Virus record (IMG/VR): IMGVR_UViG_3300018012_000099
Origin: a virus
Taxonomy: Duplodnaviria; Caudoviricetes
Reading direction: 5' to 3' (one strand)
DNA: 64,000 nt
The notes beneath the pieces were generated by a model. It saw only the letters and a program-made list of their open reading frames with translations, did no database searches and was not told the DNA's origin. This document shows positions 1 to 9,338 of this stretch, piece after piece; positions within the stretch are counted from its first letter, which is position 1, and the number at the start of each line of letters is the position of its first letter. The translations under genes and the position numbers were made by a program.

Positions 1-32
1 TGCCGCGTGATATTTTACATAGAAATGTAAGG

Positions 33-308
33 ATGTTAGTTGATGATAGGTATTATATAGTAGATGGATGCATTCCTAATTCTAATGTTGTATTTGAATT
101 TTTAGGAAATTATTGGCACGGTAATCCTTCTGTGTTTGATGCTGATGAATATAATAAAACTACCAAATGTACGTTCGGAGAATTGTTTCAAATTACAGTG
201 AATAAAATTCAAGATTTGAGAAAAGCAGGATACAAAGTAGTATCAATATGGGAAGACAAATATGACAAAAACATTAGTGATAGTAGAATCTCCGGCAAAA
301 GCGTCTAA
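33..308 (+). CDS. Vsr/DUF559-like PD-(D/E)XK endonuclease, C-terminal part (frame is open from the window edge, so probably 5'-truncated)
   Basis: EFLGNYWHGNP...TFGELF...AGYKVVSIWE; clear paralog of the C-terminus of 46104..46829; AT-rich. Confidence 0.7.
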   Translation: MLVDDRYYIVDGCIPNSNVVFEFLGNYWHGNPSVFDADEYNKTTKCTFGELFQITVNKIQDLRKAGYKVVSIWEDKYDKNISDSRISGKSV

Positions 309-2058
309 AATACAGGAATATTTAGGTGATGATTATATAGTTATGGCTAGCGTAGGACATATTACCGAGTTAGCTAAGGGAGGTAAACACGGACTTGGAG
401 TTGATGTAGATAATAATTTTAAGCCGCATTATGTTCTTATGGATGATAAGATTGAAGTATTAAACAACTTAATGAATGCAGCTAAAAAATGTAATAATAT
501 AATTATAGGCTCCGATAATGATCGTGAGGGTGAGGCTATTGCTTGGCATTTGGCTCAACGTTTGGGAGAAATGGATAAGCCCATCAAACGCATGGTGTTT
601 AACAAGATCAAGAAGGACGCTTTGGTTAAAGCGGTCAAGGAAGTTCGCGATATCGATATCAATCTATTCCACTCCCAGGAAGCCCGTCGTATTCTGGACC
701 GTTTGGTAGGTTTTACTGCCTCACCATTCTTGATGAACTTTTTCGGTCCCAAGTTGTCAGCAGGGCGCGTACAGTCAGTAGTTACTCGTATGGTTATTGA
801 CCGTGAACGTGAGATCGAAGTATTCGTACCGGAAGAATTTTGGACTATCCAGGTCAATCTCTCCAAGGATGGTAAAATTGGATTTGTTACTAAATATTCA
901 GGTCGCCCTACTGACCAAGCTACTGCCGAAGCGATTCGAGCTAAGCTGGCTGCCAAAGAAGCTGAGTTTGTGGTGGCAGAAGTAATTGCGGATGAAGAGA
1001 AAAAGAGCCCACTTCCACCTTTAGTTACTTCTACTTTACAACAAGTGATGTCCAAAGAGCATAGTTTTAGTGCCGATCGCACCATGAAAGCGGCTCAGGC
1101 TTTATATGAAGCTGGGTATGTTACCTACATTAGAACTGATTCCGTACGCGTAGATGATGCTTCTGTTAAAGAATTGCGAGGATGGTTACAGGCTAATCAA
1201 TATGATGTTCCAAACAAACCTAATACATTCAAGAATAGAGATGCGGCGCAGGACGCTCATGAATGTATTCATCCTACTGATTTAGAATTGCTGCCCGAAA
1301 GGAACTTTGCGATTATCGATCCAGATGAAAAGCTTGTATATGAAGTGATCTGGAATTACTTTGTCGCCAGCCAAATGATGCCAGCAGTCTATAATACACT
1401 GAAAGTAACGGCACACGTACAAGGCGATCCCGCTGCTGAAGTGAAAGCTTCTGGCAAAGCACTCAAGAGCCAAGGTTTTCTGCAAATTTTGGGAGTAAAC
1501 GATGATAGCAAAATTGATATCCCAGAGTTGCACAAGGGAGATATTCTCAAGCATTTTGGTAAGATGCCCGTCAAGATGGAAAGGAAACAGACCCAGCCAC
1601 CACCTCGCTATTCAGAAGATAAATTGATTAAGGAATTGGTCAATAAGAACATCGGTCGTCCAAGCACATACGGCGAACTTTTAAGTAAAGTTTCCAATAG
1701 AAGTTATGTAGAGAAAAAGGGTAATGTATATCATGCTACGGAATTGGGTAAGAAAATTACCGATGTATTAATTAATAATTTTTCCTTCATGGATTATAAT
1801 TTTACCGCTAATCTTGAAAAATTATTAGATGATATAGCTGATGGTAAGTCCGATCATATAGTTGTGTTAAAAGAGTTTTGGAAAATATTTTCTATTGAAT
1901 TATTTAAGGTTTATGCAGCCTTTGATACTAATAAAATAGTATGTGATAAGTGTTGGAATGTAATGATAAAAAGAGTAGGTAAGTTTGGTAATTTTTATTC
2001 CTGTGTCAACCCCTCTTGTAAAAGAATAATCAATGAAAATTTGCAAGGACAAACATAA
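262..2058 (+). CDS. topA: DNA topoisomerase I (type IA)
   Basis: Toprim IVESPAK and DNDREGE, SAGRVQS, catalytic GYVTYIRTDS, GIGRPST-like NIGRPST, C-terminal C4 zinc ribbon. Confidence 0.95.
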   Translation: MTKTLVIVESPAKASKIQEYLGDDYIVMASVGHITELAKGGKHGLGVDVDNNFKPHYVLMDDKIEVLNNLMNAAKKCNNIIIGSDNDREGEAIAWHLAQRLGEMDKPIKRMVFNKIKKDALVKAVKEVRDIDINLFHSQEARRILDRLVGFTASPFLMNFFGPKLSAGRVQSVVTRMVIDREREIEVFVPEEFWTIQVNLSKDGKIGFVTKYSGRPTDQATAEAIRAKLAAKEAEFVVAEVIADEEKKSPLPPLVTSTLQQVMSKEHSFSADRTMKAAQALYEAGYVTYIRTDSVRVDDASVKELRGWLQANQYDVPNKPNTFKNRDAAQDAHECIHPTDLELLPERNFAIIDPDEKLVYEVIWNYFVASQMMPAVYNTLKVTAHVQGDPAAEVKASGKALKSQGFLQILGVNDDSKIDIPELHKGDILKHFGKMPVKMERKQTQPPPRYSEDKLIKELVNKNIGRPSTYGELLSKVSNRSYVEKKGNVYHATELGKKITDVLINNFSFMDYNFTANLEKLLDDIADGKSDHIVVLKEFWKIFSIELFKVYAAFDTNKIVCDKCWNVMIKRVGKFGNFYSCVNPSCKRIINENLQGQT

Positions 2059-2839
2059 AAACATATGTCAATTATACACTGACGGATATGGCAGCAATGA
2101 TATTGCTAAATTTTATAGTGTTAATGGGCAAACTATCTTAAATATTCTTTATAAGAATGGAATTAAAACCAGATCAGGTAATGACCCGCTATATTTTGAT
2201 AAAAGAAAAATTCATGTTTTTGATACAACGTTTTTCGACTTTCCAAGTGCCGAATTGGCATATATGATGGGATTTGTATTAGGTGATGGTAATTTATCTA
2301 TTGATATTAAAAGCGGCAAATACAGAGTAACTATAACCGTTCATCAAAAAGATATTTGTATTTTGCAACGGTTTTGTGATTGGATAAAATGTGATTATGA
2401 AGCGATAAAGAAATCTACTCGTGCCAAAAGATTAGATTTAATGCTGAATGATAAGATATTCGAGAATGTTAATAATTTTATTGATTGGGGTTTAGTTCCT
2501 AATAAAACTTATAACCCGTGTATTCCTAATGTGAGCGATAAATTATTAGCTCCATTTTTAATTGGACTTATTGATGCTGATGGTTCAATTTCTTTTAATA
2601 AGAAGTATTCAATGGATTTGGTAGGTAATAACGAAATTATGAAGTGGTTTATTAATTCTATTAAAAAATTAGGTTATTCAGGAAAGATTACGCATCGCAC
2701 TTATCGAAATAAAGTTTGGTCTCGAGTTTGCATTTACAATAAAAAAGATGTAATGAGTTTAGCAAAAGTATTAAGAATAAATGAATATGATTTTCTACTT
2801 GGTAGAAAATGGATTAATGTAAAAAATGAAATTTGTTAA
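2033..2839 (+). CDS. Free-standing double-motif LAGLIDADG homing endonuclease with N-terminal HTH
   Basis: AYMMGFVLGDG and PFLIGLIDADG motifs; overlaps the topA 3' end; AT-rich. Confidence 0.85.
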   Translation: MKICKDKHKNICQLYTDGYGSNDIAKFYSVNGQTILNILYKNGIKTRSGNDPLYFDKRKIHVFDTTFFDFPSAELAYMMGFVLGDGNLSIDIKSGKYRVTITVHQKDICILQRFCDWIKCDYEAIKKSTRAKRLDLMLNDKIFENVNNFIDWGLVPNKTYNPCIPNVSDKLLAPFLIGLIDADGSISFNKKYSMDLVGNNEIMKWFINSIKKLGYSGKITHRTYRNKVWSRVCIYNKKDVMSLAKVLRINEYDFLLGRKWINVKNEIC

Positions 2840-3254
2840 ATATTATAATGTACCAGTCGGGGCTTATGCTGATTTCTTTATTAAAGAGGAAAGTTATTCG
2901 GAAGTACTTCATGATAATGATGAATGGGTAATTTTTTCTTCTCGTATGCCCCAATATCATATATTAACAGTACCAACTTGGCAGTATCAATTTGACACTA
3001 TGTCGCAACTTAATTCATTTTTGATGGATAAGTTGCAACGAGAAGGCTATTATATTATAGCTGCTCGTCAATCGGATGTAGATGAGTGTTATGTTAGTCC
3101 CGACAAAAGTGTAATGTGTTATTTTTATTGTTTCGGAATAGCATATTTTCCAGATTCATTTTTAATTGAATCAAAATTTTTTGATAATGAAGCATCTTCA
3201 CCGCCACAATGGTTGCAAAATATAGACGGAATACAATTAGATGAAAATAATTAA
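2826..3254 (+). CDS. Hypothetical protein
   Basis: 142-aa ORF overlapping both neighbours; no motif recognised. Confidence 0.55.
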   Translation: MKFVKYYNVPVGAYADFFIKEESYSEVLHDNDEWVIFSSRMPQYHILTVPTWQYQFDTMSQLNSFLMDKLQREGYYIIAARQSDVDECYVSPDKSVMCYFYCFGIAYFPDSFLIESKFFDNEASSPPQWLQNIDGIQLDENN

Positions 3255-3495
3255 AAATAAATATCCGCGTCTTTTGGATATAAAATATAGCCTTCCAATT
3301 ATGTCTGCCCCTATTGAAATAGAATATGATAATCTATTCATACAAATCTATCCAAAAGATTTATTAGACTTAACGCCATATATTCGCAAGTCTTTAATTA
3401 GAGGATATGTTCAATTAAGAAAACAACCAATTCCTGAAAATATAGATCAGATAGTTATGGATATTGAATTTGCATTAAAAAATAGTTTTAATTAA
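3241..3495 (+). CDS. Hypothetical protein
   Basis: 84-aa ORF coupled to the upstream gene. Confidence 0.5.
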   Translation: MKIIKNKYPRLLDIKYSLPIMSAPIEIEYDNLFIQIYPKDLLDLTPYIRKSLIRGYVQLRKQPIPENIDQIVMDIEFALKNSFN

Positions 3496-3547
3496 ATTAT
3501 TAAAACGAACGCCACCTAACTTTTGTGAAAGAACGAGCCTAAAGCGA

Positions 3548-4861
3548 ATGAATACTCAAAATGAAGAATACCTGACCCCAGAAAATATGGAAGAACAAGA
3601 GCATCTATCTCTACAGAGATTAAGAAGTCTTGTAGCTAAAAGAGATTTTGATATCAATGAGAGTGCCCGTCCTTCCGCTAACTTCGTTGACTTGATGAGG
3701 TGGACCGAAGATAACTTCGGAGTTGTCCTAAATGACCACAAGAACCTCAATAAATTCGTTCATAATCGTGTCATCATCGATGGACAGTTCCTACACTTCT
3801 GTGAAACAAAGGGAATTAAGGTAGAATGTCTGTACAAAGACTCTACTATTTCTTGGAAGACTGAACACGGTTTTGAAAAACACTTTGCCCAAGGTATATT
3901 CCGTATTAGTAAAGGTAGTATGGAATTTCTTCACGCCGCCCTTTTTCACAAAGGTAACCAACATGAAGATGAAATCAGCTTCTTTATCTTAGTCTCCAAT
4001 CTTAACTATGAAGGATACATCGCTTTACGCAACGAGTTCGACGAATGGGTTCAGGAAAGAGATCGTGGTAATCTTCATATCCGCGTAATTGAAGGTGAAG
4101 ACCTCCCTTATACTAAAGACAGTACTTGGGAAGACCTGTTCTTGCCAGAAGAAATGAAGGGTGAGATTAGAGGATTAGTGGAGAACTTCCTAGCTTCACA
4201 AGAGTTTTACACCAAGAATCGCATTCCCTGGAAGCGTGGTATTTTACTGTATGGTCCTCCTGGCAATGGTAAAACCTCTATTATCCGTACCATCATGTCG
4301 GCTTACAACTTCAAGCCGGTTACTATCGCTCCGGGCGTCAATGACGAGGCAGTTCGTGAAGCCTTCACCTACGCCGAAGAGCAAAGTCCAGCTCTCCTAT
4401 ACTTTGAAGACTTGGATTCTTTGTTAGAGAAAAATGTAGATATCTCCTCTTTCTTGAACCTAATGGATGGTATTTCCGCTAAGAATGGATTGTTAGTAGT
4501 GGCAACCGCTAACAATGTCAAGAAGTTGAAAACCAATATTACTGACAGACCATCCAGATTTGATAGAAAGTTTGAGATTCCTTTACCAAATCAAGAAATG
4601 GCTTATATATATCTTAATAGATGGTTTGGCAACTTGATCACTGTTAAAAAGTGTAGAGAGCTTGCCAAATATGCTGAGAAGTATGAATTCTCCTATGCTT
4701 ACTTGAAAGAGTTGTACATTTCTTCTATGTTCGAGGCTTTAGCTCATAACCGTAAGTCTCCTACTGAAAAAGATGTTCAAAACGCCTTAAATCGACTAAT
4801 CAAGGATAAAAATATCTTAAATAGTGGTAGAGTTAGTACTGAAAAATATTTTAAAGGATAA
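3548..4861 (+). CDS. AAA+ ATPase (FtsH/BCS1-like AAA module, no protease or transmembrane domain)
   Basis: RGILLYGPPGNGKT Walker A, FEDLD Walker B, VATAN sensor 1, RPSRFDR second region of homology. Confidence 0.9.
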   Translation: MNTQNEEYLTPENMEEQEHLSLQRLRSLVAKRDFDINESARPSANFVDLMRWTEDNFGVVLNDHKNLNKFVHNRVIIDGQFLHFCETKGIKVECLYKDSTISWKTEHGFEKHFAQGIFRISKGSMEFLHAALFHKGNQHEDEISFFILVSNLNYEGYIALRNEFDEWVQERDRGNLHIRVIEGEDLPYTKDSTWEDLFLPEEMKGEIRGLVENFLASQEFYTKNRIPWKRGILLYGPPGNGKTSIIRTIMSAYNFKPVTIAPGVNDEAVREAFTYAEEQSPALLYFEDLDSLLEKNVDISSFLNLMDGISAKNGLLVVATANNVKKLKTNITDRPSRFDRKFEIPLPNQEMAYIYLNRWFGNLITVKKCRELAKYAEKYEFSYAYLKELYISSMFEALAHNRKSPTEKDVQNALNRLIKDKNILNSGRVSTEKYFKG

Positions 4862-4883
4862 GGTTAAAACGGGTTACGGAATC

Positions 4884-5246
4884 ATGAAAGATCAAAACAA
4901 GAAACCAAGAAAAAACTTCAAAAGGGCGCCGAGAGGAGGTGAAATATTGCCAGTCGTAGTCAGCGATAAAAAAACTGTTGGTCCCGGCGAAGCACTCCAA
5001 GCTAAACCGCTTGAAGTTAAAGTATATGGGAACAATTTCGATAAAGCTCTTCGAGCTTTTCGAGCCCTCGTTCAAAAGGAACGAGTTTTGTCTTCTTATA
5101 AAGAAAAACAATCATATGAGAAGCCATCTGATAAACGTAGGAGAAAGCGTAACGAGTCTAAGAGAAAGCTTCTTGAAGTCCATAACAAAGGTCCCAATAC
5201 CTATGGATTCAGGAAGGGTAATAGGCGTAACGGTTCTCCAGAATAA
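4884..5246 (+). CDS. rpsU: Phage-encoded ribosomal protein bS21 homolog with N-terminal extension
   Basis: EVKVYGNNFDKALRAFRALVQKERVL...KQSYEKPSDKRRRKR matches the bS21 pattern (V..NE..D.AL.RF....G......R..YEKP...R.RK); start placed at ATG 4884. Confidence 0.8.
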   Translation: MKDQNKKPRKNFKRAPRGGEILPVVVSDKKTVGPGEALQAKPLEVKVYGNNFDKALRAFRALVQKERVLSSYKEKQSYEKPSDKRRRKRNESKRKLLEVHNKGPNTYGFRKGNRRNGSPE

Positions 5247-5260
5247 TCTCTGGAAAACAC

Positions 5261-5980
5261 ATGTCGGATAATTTAAAAGTAAAAACCTATAGAAATCGTA
5301 ATCGTCAAGCACCAGAAAAGTATGCTCCCTATACTCCACAATACCAAGTTTTGGGTGTGGATCCGGAGGAATACAAGAGTGCAGTTGTACCTGAAAATAC
5401 TCAGATAGCTGTACCAAGAGAGGTCGCTCAGCGTTCACGAAAGGTTGGCATGCGACAACCGTATGCTGAATCTGTACCTTCTCCCGTCGGTAGGGGTAGA
5501 GGACCGATTCCTAATGTTGGTAATAATGTAGAGCACACTTGGTCTAGTGTAGATGGCGATATCGTCGATGATTTAGACGGTCAAGCTTTAGATCCTAATC
5601 ACCCTATGGTTGATAATAACGATTACGTTAGTAATGTAGCCTTAGGGATTCCACAAGAGAATTTGCCTATGTTGGATGAAAGGAATAATCCACCACGTAA
5701 GAAGTTTGTTCAACAAGAAGTTCAAAGATCTTTTGAAGCTAAACCTGTGCAACCCGTATCTGAGGATCTATTTCCAATAGTTGCCGATCTAGAAGATGGC
5801 GCCTATCTACTTTTAGTAGAAGGGGTGTCAGTTTGTTCTGGTCCTAAAGAGGAAATAGAGGAACAGGCCAGAGCTTTGGTGTTCGGAGAACACGAAATGT
5901 GTGATGGTAATCCTGTTGCAGAAGAGGATATAATTATCATTAAGAGAATAACTATCAAAGTCGGTCTCTTTCTTGAATAA
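5261..5980 (+). CDS. Hypothetical protein, Pro/Gln-rich N-terminus and small globular C-terminal domain
   Basis: 239-aa ORF with RBS-like sequence upstream. Confidence 0.65.
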   Translation: MSDNLKVKTYRNRNRQAPEKYAPYTPQYQVLGVDPEEYKSAVVPENTQIAVPREVAQRSRKVGMRQPYAESVPSPVGRGRGPIPNVGNNVEHTWSSVDGDIVDDLDGQALDPNHPMVDNNDYVSNVALGIPQENLPMLDERNNPPRKKFVQQEVQRSFEAKPVQPVSEDLFPIVADLEDGAYLLLVEGVSVCSGPKEEIEEQARALVFGEHEMCDGNPVAEEDIIIIKRITIKVGLFLE

Positions 5981-5988
5981 CGAAGGTC

Positions 5989-6825
5989 ATGATGTCAGAA
6001 GAACCGCGTAAGGCTACGGATGTGCTATTAGAGATTGAAGCTAAATTAGACGCTTTGATAAAGAAAGTGGATGCTGGCGATCTCAATATTAGAGTGGTAT
6101 CTAATAAATTAGGTGAAGTAATGAAAGGCTTGGAGAAGATTCAGTCAGCTCCTCAGCAAAAAATTACTGTGGAAGCAGTGCAAAATCCTGTCCCTAATCA
6201 GGCGGCAGCTATCTTTGGGCAAATCCCTACCACCGATCCGGCTAGAGCAATACCTGTCACCGCCGAATCTAAATTACCGGTGGATGAGACTCCGCAAGGT
6301 TTTAGAAGAACTTCACGCCCTGAAAGTTACGCTGGCGACCAAACTTACCTTAAAAAGGAGGGTGTACCAGTCCCAACGAATCCATCATTTTTTGTACGTG
6401 GATCTAATGAAGGACCACCCCCAGGTCGTAGTGCTGGTGAGAATTTACCACAAACCCAGCCGCCTCCTAAAAAGGCAGCTCAACAACCGGCCCAACCACC
6501 ACAGCCCGCTAAGCAAATGCTGAAACAGCCAGCAGAAATGAATACTCATGATATAGTTCCGGTGGAGCAACGTGTGGTAGATAAAAATGGAAAGTCTGTC
6601 TTCTTGGCAGACGTAGAAATTGTGGATCTATCCTCGGGTGATCAGGTTTCCAAATCCAGAACTAATGGCACTGGTAAGTGGATGGCAGCACTACCCATAG
6701 GTCAATATCGAGTAACTATTAAGAAGCTCGAATCTTTGACCCGAGAAAAAGTAGAGTCCATTCAAACGGTTACAGTAGATGGAACCCAATCGCCCTTGAA
6801 GTTGCCCATGGTCATTATCAAGTAA
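5989..6825 (+). CDS. Hypothetical protein: coiled coil, Pro/Gln linker, C-terminal carboxypeptidase-regulatory-like (Ig/transthyretin) domain
   Basis: C-terminal RVVDKNGK...ADVEI...TNGTGKW...LPIGQYRVTI pattern. Confidence 0.6.
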   Translation: MMSEEPRKATDVLLEIEAKLDALIKKVDAGDLNIRVVSNKLGEVMKGLEKIQSAPQQKITVEAVQNPVPNQAAAIFGQIPTTDPARAIPVTAESKLPVDETPQGFRRTSRPESYAGDQTYLKKEGVPVPTNPSFFVRGSNEGPPPGRSAGENLPQTQPPPKKAAQQPAQPPQPAKQMLKQPAEMNTHDIVPVEQRVVDKNGKSVFLADVEIVDLSSGDQVSKSRTNGTGKWMAALPIGQYRVTIKKLESLTREKVESIQTVTVDGTQSPLKLPMVIIK

Positions 6826-6837
6826 GTGTAGGTTTCA

Positions 6838-7536
6838 ATGAAGTTTGATGTAATTGTGGCTGATTGTCCATGGCCATTCAAAGATTCTCTTAAAATGTCC
6901 GACGTCGCGCGTGGTGCTCGGTCGAACTACGACACCATGACAATTTCTGATATTAAGCAGCTCGACGTGCAGGGCGTTTGCAATCCTGCCGGGGCGGTGT
7001 TATGTTTATGGGTGCCGGGCTCCCTCCTTCAAGAGGGGCTGGACACTATGAAAGCTTGGGGCTTTAAACATAAACAAACTTATGTATGGGTCAAAACTAA
7101 GAAACACAGATTCCAGCGATTCATTAAGTGGCTTAAGAAAAGCATTCTAAAGCACCCGCAAGTTTGTTATGATCAGTTTGCTTACAAAAGAGCAATCAAC
7201 TCTGTCATAGACAACGTGCCCAATATTGACTTGAATGAAGAGCTGGCATTTGGTATGGGTCGTTTGTTTAGACAGACTCATGAAATTTGTTTGGTTGGGA
7301 CCAGTTCTAACTTCATTTACAAATTGTTACAGAACAAATCACAACGTTCTGTTTGTCTAGCTGAAAATCTGAAGCACTCAGCAAAACCCAACGATCTGCA
7401 AGAATCTTTGGAAATCATGTTTCCCAAGAGTCATAAATTAGAGATGTTTGCTAGACGAATACGTCCCGGATGGACTTGTTTAGGAAACGAAATAGATGGT
7501 AAAGATATCCGTGAGGCTCTTGCCGATCTAAAATAA
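6838..7536 (+). CDS. MT-A70 family N6-adenine methyltransferase
   Basis: FDVIVADCPW (DPPW-like), LCLWV, WGF...YVWVK, THEICLVG, HSAKP, KLEMFAR, GWTCLGNE. Confidence 0.85.
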   Translation: MKFDVIVADCPWPFKDSLKMSDVARGARSNYDTMTISDIKQLDVQGVCNPAGAVLCLWVPGSLLQEGLDTMKAWGFKHKQTYVWVKTKKHRFQRFIKWLKKSILKHPQVCYDQFAYKRAINSVIDNVPNIDLNEELAFGMGRLFRQTHEICLVGTSSNFIYKLLQNKSQRSVCLAENLKHSAKPNDLQESLEIMFPKSHKLEMFARRIRPGWTCLGNEIDGKDIREALADLK

Positions 7537-7548
7537 ACGGACGATGAA

Positions 7549-7821
7549 ATGAAACAAGATATAGTTATGTCTCTTATTCCTCTTTCCAAAGAAGACAAAG
7601 ATTTATTTCCATTCCAAGTTAGTGATGGGGTAATAATATCATCGTCAGATATTTTCTTTGAAGGTTTACGAGGTCAAGAGGCAACGGTAATCGCGATTGG
7701 TCGTGATTATTTTAGTGATATGAAAGTTGTACGAGTCATAGCACCCTATCATACTGTTCCCAATTATCCCGCGGATTTTGAGTGGGAAATAGTTCCAGAA
7801 TTATTAGAGAAATTAAAATAA
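7549..7821 (+). CDS. Hypothetical protein
   Basis: 90-aa ORF; no motif recognised. Confidence 0.55.
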   Translation: MKQDIVMSLIPLSKEDKDLFPFQVSDGVIISSSDIFFEGLRGQEATVIAIGRDYFSDMKVVRVIAPYHTVPNYPADFEWEIVPELLEKLK

Positions 7822-7842
7822 ACGGAGGTTAATGACACTATT

Positions 7843-8352
7843 ATGTCTCGCAAAGCACTGTTACTTAATGCGTCGTATGAGGTCCTGAGCTTCATACCCG
7901 AAAGGAAGATGTTCAAACTCTTGTTCAAAGACAAGGTAGAAGTAATATCTACCTGGGATGAAGTTGTTATCTGGGGTAATGGTAAGATTAAACAACCCTC
8001 TATTCTTCGCTTAAAAAGCCACGTCAAGCGCAATTATTTCAATGCCAATTTCAGTCGTAAAGCTTTGGTTAAAAGAGACAGAGGCACTTGTCAATATTGT
8101 GGTAAGAAATTAACCGCTTCCCAGATTACTATTGATCACGTGTTACCCAGGGCTCAAGGGGGCGTTACCTCTTTCGTCAATTGTGTGGTTTGCTGTCAGA
8201 TTTGTAATAATAAAAAAGCAGATAGGACGCCAGAGCAAGCGGGGATGATCTTACTTCGCAAGCCGACTCATCCGTCTTTTTCGGCGCATTACTATGTAGC
8301 TGATCCGCAGGAACATTGGTTTTCTGGTTGGGACGATTTTCTAAAATATTAA
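7843..8352 (+). CDS. McrA-like HNH endonuclease
   Basis: LLLNASYE N-terminus, RDRGTCQYCG, TIDHVLPRAQGG, NCVVCCQICNNKK. Confidence 0.9.
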   Translation: MSRKALLLNASYEVLSFIPERKMFKLLFKDKVEVISTWDEVVIWGNGKIKQPSILRLKSHVKRNYFNANFSRKALVKRDRGTCQYCGKKLTASQITIDHVLPRAQGGVTSFVNCVVCCQICNNKKADRTPEQAGMILLRKPTHPSFSAHYYVADPQEHWFSGWDDFLKY

Positions 8353-9044
8353 AAAGGATTGGTACGCAAAAATATTATCAGGATAATAAGTCCAAAATAC
8401 AAAAATATAAAACTGAATATTGGAAAGAAAATAAAGAAGAATTATATGAATATAAAAAAGAATGGCGCGAAACATATAGTAATGTGCTAAAGCACTGCGA
8501 TATTCACAATAAAGATTATTACTCGGAAGAGTGTCCAATATGTAGCGGTATACGCAATAAAAACTATAAAATGGAGCACAAAGAAGAAATAAAAGAGCAA
8601 CAAAAATTATACAGGCAAGAAAATAAAGACGAGATAAATGAATATTATAAAGATCGTAGAGAAAACGATCCGATATACAATCTTCGTCGTGTTATATCCA
8701 GCTCAATATACACTATGTTAAAATCGCAAAGTTCATCCAAAAATGGTAGTTCTATTCTTAATTTTCTTCCATATTCTATTCAAGAATTAAAAGATCATCT
8801 CGAAACCCAATTCGAATCTTGGATGAATTGGGACAATCAAGGCAAGTATCTTGCAGATAAGTGGGACGATAACGATCAGGCTACTTGGACTTGGCAGATA
8901 GATCATATAGTTCCCCAATCAGAATTACCATATATGTCTATGGAAGACGACAATTTCAAGAAGTGCTGGGCACTATCTAATCTTCGACCTTATTCGGCTA
9001 AACAAAATTTATTAGATGGCGTAAACAGGATAAGACACAAATAA
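8316..9044 (+). CDS. Free-standing HNH-type endonuclease, family copy 1 (start uncertain, TTG)
   Basis: HLETQFESWMNWDNQG...WQIDHIVP...CWALSNLRPYSAKQN. Confidence 0.75.
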   Translation: MVFWLGRFSKILKRIGTQKYYQDNKSKIQKYKTEYWKENKEELYEYKKEWRETYSNVLKHCDIHNKDYYSEECPICSGIRNKNYKMEHKEEIKEQQKLYRQENKDEINEYYKDRRENDPIYNLRRVISSSIYTMLKSQSSSKNGSSILNFLPYSIQELKDHLETQFESWMNWDNQGKYLADKWDDNDQATWTWQIDHIVPQSELPYMSMEDDNFKKCWALSNLRPYSAKQNLLDGVNRIRHK

Positions 9045-9053
9045 GGAGCCACT

Positions 9054-9263
9054 ATGAATTATGATGACAGGCAAGAAAGAGCAGAAATGTTGGTGAAAAC
9101 ATTTCGAGGTCATGGGTTAAAAATTTTTGATCTAAACGGAAAAAGTTATACTGGTAATCGGGTGGCTGATGAAATCGAGAATATGACCGATTTAGGTAAA
9201 AATCTTGTTGCAATTGCTGGAATAGTACTTCACGCAATAATGATTAAATTGAAAAGGGAATAA
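9054..9263 (+). CDS. Hypothetical protein
   Basis: 69 aa; AAGGAG RBS upstream. Confidence 0.6.
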   Translation: MNYDDRQERAEMLVKTFRGHGLKIFDLNGKSYTGNRVADEIENMTDLGKNLVAIAGIVLHAIMIKLKRE

Positions 9264-9305
9264 TACTTTTCATTACATTATTATTTCGGGCAATAATGCG
9301 GAATA

Positions 9306-9331
9306 CCTATATAGTTTCCCTGATATATAGG
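9306..9331. promoter_or_regulatory. Hairpin CCTATATA-N10-TATATAGG containing a TGATATAT motif
   Basis: Perfect 8-bp inverted repeat ending 8 nt before the 9339 start codon. Confidence 0.45.
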
Positions 9332-9338
9332 AAGCGCC

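Noticed and set aside
3496-3547. Possible displaced original topA 3' end after the LAGLIDADG block
   Set aside because: The short peptide NERHLTFVKERA shows no convincing similarity to the TopA C-terminus
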